Of a stretch of DNA of 64,000 bases, positions 38,239 through 47,493 are shown one piece after another. Below the pieces are notes generated by a model, which made no database searches, was not told the DNA's origin, and was given only the letters and a program-made list of their open reading frames with translations. The translations under genes were made by a program, and so were the position numbers. Origin of the DNA: Candidatus Nealsonbacteria bacterium DGGOD1a (lineage in GTDB: Bacteria > Patescibacteriota > Minisyncoccia > Minisyncoccales > UBA5738); assembly GCA_022530585.1 (NCBI GenBank), contig CP092821.1:585525-649524 (forward strand). Reading direction: 5' to 3'. The first letter of the stretch is position 1. Every line of letters starts with the position of its first letter.

Positions 38239-38349
38239 ATGTCAAAAAAAGAATTGATATCATGGGTTTCAAAACATTTTAGTGTTTTGCTTATAATCGC
38301 GATCATTTTTGTTTATTTAACAATGATCGCGGTTTCAATTCGTGAATAA
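38239..38349 (+). CDS. 36-aa single-TM micro-protein (not in the ORF track)
   Basis: GGTGGAG lies 4 nt before the ATG. MSKKELISWVSKHFSVLLIIAIIFVYLTMIAVSIRE. It lies between the xseB terminator hairpin (38181-38208) and a ccgaaatatttcgg+T terminator. Confidence 0.4.
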   Translation: MSKKELISWVSKHFSVLLIIAIIFVYLTMIAVSIRE

Positions 38350-38422
38350 ATAAACCGAAATATTTCTGTCAAATGATATGATATATAGAAATGTCATAGA
38401 CCGAAATATTTCGGATCTTTTT

Positions 38423-38758
38423 TTATCTAATTTGCGCGCCTTCTTTGGCCATATCGTCAACGCGCAAAGGAAAATGGCCGGTTTCGTCGCCCGCGACCAG
38501 CATCATGCCTTGGCTCGTGCCTTCGCCCAGCTTGCGCTCGGCGAGATTGACGACGAAAACATATTTCTTGCCGATCAGATCGGAAAAGTTTACGAATTTG
38601 CGGATTCCGGCAAAAATCGTGCGCGTGCCGATCTCGATGCCGAAATCGATTTTCATTCCGATCAATTTGTTGCTCCATTGCGGCTCAAAGGCTTCCAGAA
38701 CCCTGCCCGCGCGCAAATCTAATTTTTCAAAATCACCGAATTCAATAATTGGCTTCAT
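38423..38758 (-). CDS. tRNA-binding domain protein (CsaA/Trbp111-like)
   Basis: FEKLDLRAGRVLEAF...KLIGMKIDFG...IGKKYVFVVNLAERKL.G..SQGMML. Confidence 0.75.
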   Translation of the reverse strand: MKPIIEFGDFEKLDLRAGRVLEAFEPQWSNKLIGMKIDFGIEIGTRTIFAGIRKFVNFSDLIGKKYVFVVNLAERKLGEGTSQGMMLVAGDETGHFPLRVDDMAKEGAQIR

Positions 38759-38884
38759 AATATTTTGTTATAATGGAAAGATAATATCACAAAAATACAA
38801 AGACCAAAAGGATGCCGGCCGGCGGCGATTGGACTATTTGTTCTTATTGGTGTAAATTGGATTTGTTGTAAAAAAAGAATCGAT

Positions 38885-40093
38885 ATGAAATTTTTTGATT
38901 TTTCGGAAAACAAAGAAAAGAAGAATTGGAAGCCGTTGATTATTTTTTTGTCCGCCGCGGCAATTTTCGGTATTTTCTACGGCGGATACCTGATGGGAAA
39001 ATCGGCCAACGCGCCATTATCGCCGGCAAACGCGGATATGACGCTTTTTTGGAAGACATGGAACACCTTGGAAGCCAATTTCGTCGATAAAGAAAAAATC
39101 GACCACCAAAAAATGGTCTATGGCGCGATCTCGGGAATGGTGGACTCTCTGGGCGATCCCTACACCGCGTTTTTCAATCCGACCGACACAAAAAAGTTCG
39201 CCGAAGACACCGCCGGAGCGTTTGAAGGCGTGGGAATGGAAATCGGCATCAGACAAAAACAGCTGCAAGTCGTAACTCCGCTGGAAAAATCTCCCGCCCA
39301 AAAAGCGGGCATACGCGCCGGCGACGCGATTATCAAAATTGACGGCAAATCAACCGTCAATATGACCACCGACGAAGCGGTTGATCTCATCCGCGGCGCG
39401 AAAGGCACCGAAGTAACTTTGACGCTTTACCGCGAAGATTGGAAAGAAGCGCGGGATTTCAAACTTATCCGCGAAATGATCCAACTGCCTTCTCTCAAAT
39501 GGGAAATCAAAAACAACGATGTTGCCTACATTCAGCTCTACCAATTCACCGACAAAGCCAGCAATGATTTCAAAGCCGCGGCCGTAGACATCATCAACAG
39601 CCCGGCAAAACGAATCGTGCTTGATCTGCGCAACAATCCGGGAGGATTGCTGGGCGTATCGCAAGATATTGCCGGATGGTTTCTGGAAAAAGGCCGAATT
39701 ATCACCTATGAAAGATCGAGCAATCCGAACGATGGCAATGAATACAGATCGGAGGGGCCATCGTTATTGTTAAAATACCCGGTGGTTGTGCTTATCAACG
39801 AGGGATCGGCTTCAGCGTCGGAAATTCTGGCCGGCGCCCTGCGCGACAACAGGGGAATCCAACTGATCGGCGAAAAATCATTCGGCAAGGGATCGGTGCA
39901 ACAAGTTATCGGCCTGGATAAAGGTTCCTCGCTGAAAGTCACCGTGGCCAAATGGTATACGCCCAACAACGACCAAATATCGGAAATCGGGCTGACTCCC
40001 GATATAGAAATTAAAATCACCGCCGAGGACGAAGCAAAAGCAAAAGACCCGCAATTGGACAAAGCTATTGAAATCGTCAAAACTTTAAGGTAA
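38885..40093 (+). CDS. S41-family C-terminal processing peptidase
   Basis: PDZ region (GIRAGDAIIKIDG), DLRNNPGG, SASASEILAGAL, GEKSFGKG. Confidence 0.85.
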   Translation: MKFFDFSENKEKKNWKPLIIFLSAAAIFGIFYGGYLMGKSANAPLSPANADMTLFWKTWNTLEANFVDKEKIDHQKMVYGAISGMVDSLGDPYTAFFNPTDTKKFAEDTAGAFEGVGMEIGIRQKQLQVVTPLEKSPAQKAGIRAGDAIIKIDGKSTVNMTTDEAVDLIRGAKGTEVTLTLYREDWKEARDFKLIREMIQLPSLKWEIKNNDVAYIQLYQFTDKASNDFKAAAVDIINSPAKRIVLDLRNNPGGLLGVSQDIAGWFLEKGRIITYERSSNPNDGNEYRSEGPSLLLKYPVVVLINEGSASASEILAGALRDNRGIQLIGEKSFGKGSVQQVIGLDKGSSLKVTVAKWYTPNNDQISEIGLTPDIEIKITAEDEAKAKDPQLDKAIEIVKTLR

Positions 40094-40096
40094 AAT

Positions 40097-40212
40097 AAAA
40101 AATACATTGATGTCGGGGTATTAACACCGCCATCAACCAAAGGATGTTTCCTTTGAAATCCTCATTCTTTTTGTTCCCCGCAGCGAGCTGACGGAGTATA
40201 AAAAGAATAAAT
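40097..40212 (-). repeat. Three-hairpin element, subfamily F1, copy C
   Basis: Matches the F1 consensus and starts 4 nt after the peptidase stop codon. Confidence 0.85.
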
Positions 40213-40244
40213 ATCATTAGAAAAACGGATTAAAGAAAACCAAT

Positions 40245-40688
40245 ATGAAAGTTATATTATTACAAGATATCGACAAAGTGGGAAAAAAATTTGAAGTCAA
40301 AGAAGTCGCGGACGGTTTCGCGAAAAATCACCTATTCCCCAAAAAGCTGGCTCAACCCGCCACGAAAAACGCGTTGATCTTTGCCGAAACGCAAAGGGAA
40401 ATCGCCGCCAAAATCACCGAAAAGGAATTGCAAGAGACTCAAGCCAAAGCATCGGCAATGGACGGACAGGAGGTGGTAATCACGGTGAATGTGGGCGAGA
40501 AAAACCAGCTTTTCGAATCGGTCACGGCGCAAAAAATTGCCGAAAAAATGAAAGAGGATGGATTGGAAATCGACAAAAAACAAATCATCTTGAAAGAACC
40601 GCTCAAAGAACTCGGGGAATATCCGGTCAAAATAAGTTTCCCGCACAACCTTGAAGCTGAAATAAAAGTGACAATCGCCGCCGAATAA
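40245..40688 (+). CDS. rplI: 50S ribosomal protein L9
   Basis: MKVILLQDIDKVGKKFEVKEVADGFAKNHLFPKKLA. Confidence 0.9.
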   Translation: MKVILLQDIDKVGKKFEVKEVADGFAKNHLFPKKLAQPATKNALIFAETQREIAAKITEKELQETQAKASAMDGQEVVITVNVGEKNQLFESVTAQKIAEKMKEDGLEIDKKQIILKEPLKELGEYPVKISFPHNLEAEIKVTIAAE

Positions 40689-40726
40689 CGGCAATCTTAA
40701 CGCCCCGCCCAAAGCGGGGCGGTTAT

Positions 40727-40855
40727 AAATTCAAAGTTAAAAAATCAAAATTAAAAATTACAGTTAAAAATTAAAAATGGATAAATTTTAAAATTATTTA
40801 ATTTTATATTTTGCATTGTAATTTTTAATTTTGATTTTTACATTTTGAATTTGGA
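40727..40855. repeat. AT-rich inverted repeat (~40-bp arms) abutting the pyrG start
   Basis: The left arm ...aaaaatcaaaattaaaaattacagtt is complementary to the right arm attgtaatttttaattttgattttt... Confidence 0.6.
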
Positions 40856-40857
40856 AT

Positions 40858-42483
40858 ATGGTTAAATACATATTTGTCGCCGGAGGCGTAATGTCATCCA
40901 TCGGCAAGGGAATTACCACCGCCTCAATCGGCAAAATACTCAAAAGTAACGGTTTTAAGGTTACCGCGATAAAATTCGATCCGTACATCAATGTTGACGC
41001 CGGCACGATGAACCCGATTGAACACGGCGAAGTTTTTGTTACCGACGACGGCACCGAGTGCGACCAGGATGTGGGCAATTACGAACGATTTTTGGACGAA
41101 AATCTAAGCGCGGCCAACTATGCCACCACCGGCAAGGTTTACCAATCGGTGATTCAACGCGAACGCAATTTGGAATACAACGGCAAATGCGTGGAAGTGG
41201 TGCCCGATATTCCCAACGAAGTCATTCGGCGCATTAACAATGCCGCCAAAACTTCAAAGGCGGATTTTGTAATGATTGAAATCGGCGGCACCGTGGGCGA
41301 ATACCAAAATATGCTTTTCCTGGAAGCCGCGCGGATGCTCAAACTCAAAAACCCCGGAAGCGTACTTTTCTTGCTGGTGGGCTATCTGCCCATTCCGGAA
41401 ATGGTGGGCGAAATGAAAACCAAACCGATCCAAAGCGCGGTCAAACAAATCAATTCCGCCGGCATCCAGCCCGATTTCATTATCGGCCGCGGAACCCAGC
41501 CCTTGGACGAACCGCGCAAACAAAAAATTTCCATATTTTGCAATGTTGATGTCCGCGATGTGATTTCCGCGCCGGACGCGGCGACAATCTACGAAGTGCC
41601 GATCACCTTTGCCAACGAACATCTGGGCGACCGGATTTTATCGAAATTCCGCTTGAAATCAAAAGCTAAAAATATGGCCGATTGGAAAAATTTCGTGGAT
41701 ACCGTGCGCAACGCCGCAAAGCCGGTAAAAATCGGCATCGTGGGCAAATATTTCGAATCGGGAAAATTCACCTTGATGGATTCCTATATTTCCGTGATCG
41801 AATCAATAAAGCATGCCGCTTGGTTTCATAACCGCAAACCTGAAATCATATGGTTATCATCGGAAAATTACGAGAAAGACTTAAAAAATCTAAAAGAGCT
41901 TGACCAATACGACGGGATCATTATTCCGGGAGGATTCGGCAACCGGGGGATTGAAGGCAAAATAAAAGCCATTGAATATTGCCGCGTCAACAAAATTCCT
42001 TTTTTGGGATTGTGTCTGGGCATGCAGTTGGCCACCATCGAATTCGCGCGCAATGTTTGCGGACTGAAACGCGCCACCTCAACCGAATTCGATCCCAAAA
42101 CCGATCAGCCCGTAATCGACCTGATGCCCGAACAAAAGAATCTGATAAAATCCAAAAAAATGGGCGCTTCAATGCGCTTGGGCGCTTATGACTGCCGGCT
42201 CAAAAAAGGCACCAAAGCTTTCAACGCTTACGGCAAAACCGAAATGATTTCCGAGCGGCACCGGCATCGCTATGAATTGAACAATGATTACCGCGATGTT
42301 TTGGAAGAAAAAGGATTGGTAATCGCCGGAATCAATCCGGAGAAAAATCTGGCCGAAATCATTGAATTGAAAAACCATCCGTTCTTTATGGCGGCTCAAT
42401 TCCACCCCGAATTCAAATCCCGCCCCCAAAAACCCCATCCGCTGTTCAGAGAGCTGGTTAAAGCGGGAATCGGCAAACAATAA
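40858..42483 (+). CDS. pyrG: CTP synthase
   Basis: KYIFVAGGVMSSIGKG, and the GATase domain GLCLGMQ...HRHRYE. Confidence 0.95.
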   Translation: MVKYIFVAGGVMSSIGKGITTASIGKILKSNGFKVTAIKFDPYINVDAGTMNPIEHGEVFVTDDGTECDQDVGNYERFLDENLSAANYATTGKVYQSVIQRERNLEYNGKCVEVVPDIPNEVIRRINNAAKTSKADFVMIEIGGTVGEYQNMLFLEAARMLKLKNPGSVLFLLVGYLPIPEMVGEMKTKPIQSAVKQINSAGIQPDFIIGRGTQPLDEPRKQKISIFCNVDVRDVISAPDAATIYEVPITFANEHLGDRILSKFRLKSKAKNMADWKNFVDTVRNAAKPVKIGIVGKYFESGKFTLMDSYISVIESIKHAAWFHNRKPEIIWLSSENYEKDLKNLKELDQYDGIIIPGGFGNRGIEGKIKAIEYCRVNKIPFLGLCLGMQLATIEFARNVCGLKRATSTEFDPKTDQPVIDLMPEQKNLIKSKKMGASMRLGAYDCRLKKGTKAFNAYGKTEMISERHRHRYELNNDYRDVLEEKGLVIAGINPEKNLAEIIELKNHPFFMAAQFHPEFKSRPQKPHPLFRELVKAGIGKQ

Positions 42484-42518
42484 TTTTCAATTCTCGAACT
42501 CCAATTTTCAATAAACTT

Positions 42519-42617
42519 TAAACTACGAAATGATTTGTATTTTGGGGTCTATCCCCTGTGTAATCGCAGGGGTTAGACCCCTTTAAAAGTATTTTGAATT
42601 TAATGATTTCGTAATTT
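42519..42617. repeat. MITE family A, copy 2
   Basis: aaactacgaaatg ... gatttcgtaattt flank the perfect hairpin ggggtctatcccctg-tgtaatcg-caggggttagacccc. Confidence 0.7.
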
Positions 42618-42709
42618 AAGGAATAAATATTCCAAATTCCAATAAAAATTAGTCAAAACAAAAACACCCATTAAAAGGTGTCTTTTGTTTTAATCTGAAA
42701 AGTTAAAAA

Positions 42710-42994
42710 TTATTTTGCCGCTGGAAAAACCTCCGCCACTTTCGCCAATCTTTGCGTGCCATTAAACATTTTCTTGCGGGTTTCGCGGTATTTCACCACG
42801 CCCTCGGCAACCGCGTAAAGCGTGTTGTCGCTGCCGGTTTTGACATTTTTTCCGGCGATGATCGATGTGCCGCGCTGGCGCACCAAAATACTGCCGATTT
42901 TTGCCGGTTGGCCGTCATAGAGCTTCACGCCCAAATATTTTGGCCGCGGATCTCTTCCCAATTTTGTTCCGCCGGTATTTTTGGTCTTTGCCAT
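42710..42994 (-). CDS. rpmA: 50S ribosomal protein L27
   Basis: MAKTKNTGGTKLGRDPRPKYLGVKLYDGQ...GSILVRQRGT. Confidence 0.95.
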   Translation of the reverse strand: MAKTKNTGGTKLGRDPRPKYLGVKLYDGQPAKIGSILVRQRGTSIIAGKNVKTGSDNTLYAVAEGVVKYRETRKKMFNGTQRLAKVAEVFPAAK

Positions 42995-43106
42995 AATTTT
43001 GTATTTGTATTTTGCATTTCAAAAGGCCGTTCCCCCGCCACGGCGGGGGTGCGACCTTGGCAAACTGCATTTTGTATTTGTTATTTTGCTTCCGCGCAAC
43101 ACCCAA

Positions 43107-43135
43107 ATAATAGCGCAAATCTTGCTTTTTGTCAA
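43107..43135 (-). promoter_or_regulatory. Canonical sigma70-type promoter for rpmA
   Basis: Minus strand: TTGACA (43135-43130), a 17-nt spacer, then TATTAT (43112-43107). Confidence 0.55.
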
Positions 43136-43502
43136 AAAAAATAGGGGCGAAATGTCTTACATTAAGCATTTTGCCCCAAAAAAAAGCGATGGAGTCAGAG
43201 TTCTTATTCTTCAACCATTGCGCCTAAACGTCCGTAACGGAGGATTAGGGATGATCAAAATTACCTCTAACATACTCACTCTTCTTTTGCTTCGTTGATA
43301 CGCCTCATGAGGTTGCAGGCATCAATTACAAGATCAAGAACAAAATCTCGATCTTTCATATTTACTCCCGCAAGCTCTAAAATCTTGCTCTCTCTTCTTG
43401 CAAAATCGCGCATGATTTTTTGCAAATCAATTGCAACCATTGCAATAAGGAGAGCCCTGCTCTTCTCTCCAGCCGTTTTCTCACCTCCTTTCTCGAAAAT
43501 TC

Positions 43503-44574
43503 TCTTTTGAAATGCAACTTCGGTAAAATGAAGTTGTATGAAAAAACAAATCCGCAAAAAACGAAAAAAGAAGCGGCATTTTCGCCATTTGAAGCAAACC
43601 GACCGGGATCGAATCGAAGCGCTGTTGAATGCCGGCCACAAACAAGAGGAAGTTGCCAAAATACTTGATTTTGATGCCAGCGCCATCAGCCGGGAGATGA
43701 AAAGAAAACGCAAGAACGGCAAATACTCGGCGCTGACCGCCCAGCTGAAAGCAAGAGCGAAAAGATTAAACAGCAAGCATCCGGGAATGAAGGTTGAGCA
43801 ATATCCGGAGTTAAGGGAACAAATCATCAAAGGGTTGAAAGACCACCGCTCCCCGGATGAGATCGCCGGGCGGATGAAGCGTGAAAAGCAAAACCCGCGG
43901 GTCGGCGCCAATGCCATCTACAAATGGCTGTACAGCGCTTGGGGCCAGGCATATTGCCCGCTTCTTTGCACCAAGCGATATCATCCGCGCAAACAGAAAA
44001 AGAAAACCAAAAGAGAAATGATTCCTAATCGTATTTCCATCAAAAAGAGGCCAAAGCGAGGAATCCACGCCGAAGGCGATCTGTTTGTTTCGCCGACCAA
44101 AACCGGCAGCCAAAACAGCGGCGCAATCATTTGCGTTCCAGCCTCGAAACTGCTTGCCGGCACGATGATTGAAAGCAAAAAACCGGCCGTAATGAGGCTG
44201 GCCGTTAAAAGCATGTTGTTGGATTTGAGCATTGATGATCTGACTTTCGACAATGGCATCGAAAACAAAGAGCACGAACAATTCGGATTGCCAGCGTATT
44301 TCTGCGACCCTCACAGTCCCTGGCAGAAACCACATGTAGAGAATGGCATCGGGCTTGTCCGCCGGTGGTTTATCCCCAAGAAAACCGATTTGAAAAACAT
44401 CTCCGAGGAACGATTCCAAGATTGCCTGCATATCCTTAACGGCAAATACCGGAAATCACTGGGATACCGCTCCGCCTACGAAGTTTCGCTGAAACGTGGT
44501 ATTATACAAAAAATCCCGCGCTGAGCGGGGTGAAAATATTAGGGGAAATTTAAAAGAAAAGTTGCATTTCGCTA
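43503..44574 (+). mobile_element. IS30-family insertion sequence (~1.07 kb)
   Basis: Inverted core gaaatgcaactt (43510-43521) and aagttgcatttc (44559-44570). gaaaatt occurs on both flanks, a possible TSD. The exact ends are uncertain. Confidence 0.7.
43538..44524 (+). CDS. IS30-family DDE transposase
   Basis: HTH (EEVAKILDFDASAISRE), FDNGIENKEH, DPHSPWQKPHVENGIGLVRR. Confidence 0.85.
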   Translation: MKKQIRKKRKKKRHFRHLKQTDRDRIEALLNAGHKQEEVAKILDFDASAISREMKRKRKNGKYSALTAQLKARAKRLNSKHPGMKVEQYPELREQIIKGLKDHRSPDEIAGRMKREKQNPRVGANAIYKWLYSAWGQAYCPLLCTKRYHPRKQKKKTKREMIPNRISIKKRPKRGIHAEGDLFVSPTKTGSQNSGAIICVPASKLLAGTMIESKKPAVMRLAVKSMLLDLSIDDLTFDNGIENKEHEQFGLPAYFCDPHSPWQKPHVENGIGLVRRWFIPKKTDLKNISEERFQDCLHILNGKYRKSLGYRSAYEVSLKRGIIQKIPR

Positions 44575-44660
44575 GAAAATTTACATCTATCTTGTGTCTT
44601 TATTATGCATATTTTTCAATTTTTGTCAAGTTCCATCCATTGCGCTATAATGATTCCATT

Positions 44661-45662
44661 ATGAAGATTGCCATCATCGGCGGGGGAATATGCGGGCTGT
44701 ATTTGGCCAAGAATCTCGCGCAAAAGGGGAATGAAGTTTTTGTTTTTGAAAAAAAGAAAACCATTGGCAAGCAATGCTGTTCGGGGCTGTTTTCCCAGCG
44801 GCTTTTTGATTTTATTCCCGAAGCAAGGCCGCTTTCGACCAATCAAATCAATTCCGCGATAATAAATTTCCCAAAAAAATCGGTAAGGTTGAAATTTCGG
44901 CAACCATTCTTTGTGATTGAGCACGATCAGATGGATTTGCTGATGGCCGCGCTTGCCGTTCAAACCGGCGCCCAAATCCGCGTCAACGAAAAAATCGATG
45001 CCGGGCGCCTTCACCAAATCAAAACCGAATTCGACCGCGTAATCGGCGCCGACGGCGCGCTTTCGCCCACAAGAAACTACCTGTTAACCGATCGCGTGGG
45101 TCCGACCCGCGCAAAAATGCGTGGGTCGGACCCACGCAAAAATGGCGAGCCGAAATTCTGGCTGGGAATCCAGGGGTTGGAGGAAAAAACAGACAATTCG
45201 GATTTTGTGGAAACTTGGGCCACAAAAAACGGATTTTTGTGGAAAATTCCGCGCGGAGAAAATATTGAATGGGGGATTATGGAAAAACCGAAAATCGCGC
45301 CAAAGCTGTTTGATGAATTTGTGGCGCGAAGAAACCTCAAGCTTGCCCGCTTGAAATCCGCGATCATCCCGCAAGGACTGATCATTCCCGAAAACGAAAA
45401 AATTACGCTGTGCGGCGACGCAAGCGGCCTGACAAAACCATGGTCGGGCGGCGGAGTCATCTGGAATTTGACCCAAGCCGACATTCTATTGAAAAATTTT
45501 CCAAATTTCCTACAATACAGAAAAGAAGCTTCGCGCTTTTTTAGTTTGAAAATCAGGCTGGGAAAAGCGGCGAAAACTTGCGTTTACGCCGCGGGATTCA
45601 ATTTTCCGACAATAATTCCCGGCGGCGTCAATCTTGACGGCGATTATCTGATCAAAAAATAG
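44661..45662 (+). CDS. FAD-dependent oxidoreductase (geranylgeranyl reductase family-like)
   Basis: MKIAIIGGGICGLYLA...FEKK dinucleotide-binding motif. ATG 44661 is in frame with the track ORF and follows the IS30 end. Confidence 0.7.
   Translation: MKIAIIGGGICGLYLAKNLAQKGNEVFVFEKKKTIGKQCCSGLFSQRLFDFIPEARPLSTNQINSAIINFPKKSVRLKFRQPFFVIEHDQMDLLMAALAVQTGAQIRVNEKIDAGRLHQIKTEFDRVIGADGALSPTRNYLLTDRVGPTRAKMRGSDPRKNGEPKFWLGIQGLEEKTDNSDFVETWATKNGFLWKIPRGENIEWGIMEKPKIAPKLFDEFVARRNLKLARLKSAIIPQGLIIPENEKITLCGDASGLTKPWSGGGVIWNLTQADILLKNFPNFLQYRKEASRFFSLKIRLGKAAKTCVYAAGFNFPTIIPGGVNLDGDYLIKK
45094..45143. repeat. Intragenic tandem palindromic repeat (2 x 25 bp) inside the oxidoreductase CDS
   Basis: gcgtgggtccgacccgcgc-aaaaat then gcgtgggtcggacccacgc-aaaaat. 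Translated as RVGPTRAKMRGSDPRKN. Confidence 0.8.
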
Positions 45663-45669
45663 AAAAATA

Positions 45670-46353
45670 ATGGAAAACCAATCAACATTGCCCCGCCACG
45701 CGGGGCTGATCACAGATGGAAACCGCCGTTGGGCAAAAGAGCACAACCTGCCATCGTTTGAAGGCCACAACAAAGGATTCGACGCGATAAAAAAAATTAT
45801 TGAAACGGCCGGCGAAAAGGGCATCGGAATGTTCACCTTTTGGGCTTTTTCCACGGAAAACTGGAACCGCTCAAAAGAAGAAGTGGCTTATCTGATGGAC
45901 CTTTTCGAGAAATCATTAAGCGACTTTGAAAGAATTTCGGGCAAAAATATACGATTCCGGATTGTCGGGCAAAAGCATCGGTTCAGACAATCGATACAAA
46001 GAAAAATTGAAGAAGTTGAGAGATCAACCGCGGATAACAAAGGGATGATCGTTAATATGGGAATGAGTTACGGCGGCCGCGATGAAATAGTACAAGGGAT
46101 TAAATCAATTATCGAAAAAGGGATAAAACCCGAAGAAATCACCGAGAAAACCATTTCCGACAATCTTTGGTTGCCCGATATTGATTTGATCATCCGCACC
46201 GGCGGCGAACTCCGGCTTTCGGGATTTCTCCCATGGCAATCCACCTATGCCGAGCTTTTCTTCGTAAAAAAGTACCTGCCCGACTTCGCTCCGACGGATT
46301 TTGACGCGATTCTCGCCGAATACAACCAGCGCCAAAAGCGCTTTGGAAAGTAA
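45670..46353 (+). CDS. uppS: Isoprenyl (undecaprenyl-type) diphosphate synthase, cis-prenyltransferase
   Basis: HAGLITDGNRRWA, FTFWAFSTENW, IRTGGELRLSGFLPWQ. Confidence 0.9.
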   Translation: MENQSTLPRHAGLITDGNRRWAKEHNLPSFEGHNKGFDAIKKIIETAGEKGIGMFTFWAFSTENWNRSKEEVAYLMDLFEKSLSDFERISGKNIRFRIVGQKHRFRQSIQRKIEEVERSTADNKGMIVNMGMSYGGRDEIVQGIKSIIEKGIKPEEITEKTISDNLWLPDIDLIIRTGGELRLSGFLPWQSTYAELFFVKKYLPDFAPTDFDAILAEYNQRQKRFGK

Positions 46354-46362
46354 TTTACACAT

Positions 46363-47145
46363 ATGGACCTGACCATAATCAAGATCGGCGGATCGGTGAT
46401 CACCGACAAAAAAAGCGGCAAACCGAAAATCAACTTCGGAAATATCAACAATATTGCCAAAGTTTTAAAGGATTTCAAGCAACCATACATCCTGATTCAC
46501 GGTGCCGGATCTTTTGGACATCCTTTGGTTAAAAAAACAGGGATAGATAAAAGCGTGATCAGCGAAACGCAATTGCTGGCCTTTGCCAACACCCAAAAAC
46601 TGCAAAACCAGCTCAACTGCCTATTCTGCGATGCGCTTATCAAAAAAAATATTCCGGCGTTTCCCGCGCAAGCATCGAGCCACGCGGTTTTGGAACGCGG
46701 GCGACTGGTTAAAATGGAAACTGAAGCTATCGCCGGACTGCTTCGATTGAAAATGGTACCTGTTTGCTATGGCGTGCCCGCGCACGACAAATTATGGGGT
46801 TCGACGATTCTTTCCGGTGACCAAATCGCGCCTTATCTGGCCAAAAGACTTGGCGCGCATAAAATTATCGAAGTCAGCGATGTGGATGGCATCTTCACCG
46901 CCAATCCCAAAACTGACAAAAACGCAAAACTGATCCGTGAAATAAATCTAAGCAATTACAAAGACATCGAAAGATTCCTCTCGGGAAGTTTGGCGGCCGA
47001 TGTTACCGGCGGCATGAAACAAAAATATCTCGAGCTGGTCGATGCGGCCAAAGTCGGCATTATCTGCCAAATCACTCACTTCAAACATTTAAATGACGCC
47101 CTCGCAAACAGGCCCGTGGGTACTATCATCAATCTCAAAAATTAA
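46363..47145 (+). CDS. Isopentenyl phosphate kinase (amino-acid kinase fold)
   Basis: IIKIGGSVITDK, HGAGSFGH, SGD, VDGIF and TGGM motifs. Confidence 0.7.
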   Translation: MDLTIIKIGGSVITDKKSGKPKINFGNINNIAKVLKDFKQPYILIHGAGSFGHPLVKKTGIDKSVISETQLLAFANTQKLQNQLNCLFCDALIKKNIPAFPAQASSHAVLERGRLVKMETEAIAGLLRLKMVPVCYGVPAHDKLWGSTILSGDQIAPYLAKRLGAHKIIEVSDVDGIFTANPKTDKNAKLIREINLSNYKDIERFLSGSLAADVTGGMKQKYLELVDAAKVGIICQITHFKHLNDALANRPVGTIINLKN

Positions 47146-47146
47146 T

Positions 47147-47488
47147 ATGAAAATCGTCAAAAGAAATGAGGCTGTCAAATTCAATCACGGCAAAACCTGC
47201 ACCGCCAATGAATATCCGGTCGACGATAAAGATATAAATATTGCCATCATCGAACTGAACGGAAGATACCCGGAAAAAGGGTTCGCGATAAACGAAGTGT
47301 CGAAAGAATTGGCATACATTATAAAAGGTTCGGGGAAAGTTGTTATCAGCAGCAAAGAAATCGAAGTCGGTGAAGGCGATCTTGTTTTCGTTGAGCCGCA
47401 AGAAAAATTCTATTGGGAAGGGAAAATGACGCTTATTATGCCTTGTACCCCAGCTTGGAACCCAGAACAGTATAAAGTCATCGAATAA
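47147..47488 (+). CDS. Cupin-domain protein
   Basis: 113 aa with a beta-barrel pattern, GSGKVVISSKEIEVGEGDLVFV. ATG lies 1 nt after the kinase stop. Confidence 0.6.
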   Translation: MKIVKRNEAVKFNHGKTCTANEYPVDDKDINIAIIELNGRYPEKGFAINEVSKELAYIIKGSGKVVISSKEIEVGEGDLVFVEPQEKFYWEGKMTLIMPCTPAWNPEQYKVIE

Positions 47489-47493
47489 TCCGC

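Noticed and set aside
43276-43917. 213-aa minus-strand ORF
   Set aside because: It runs through the IS30 left end and antisense to the IS30 transposase, so its length is an artefact. Only the last ~54 codons outside the IS might be real.
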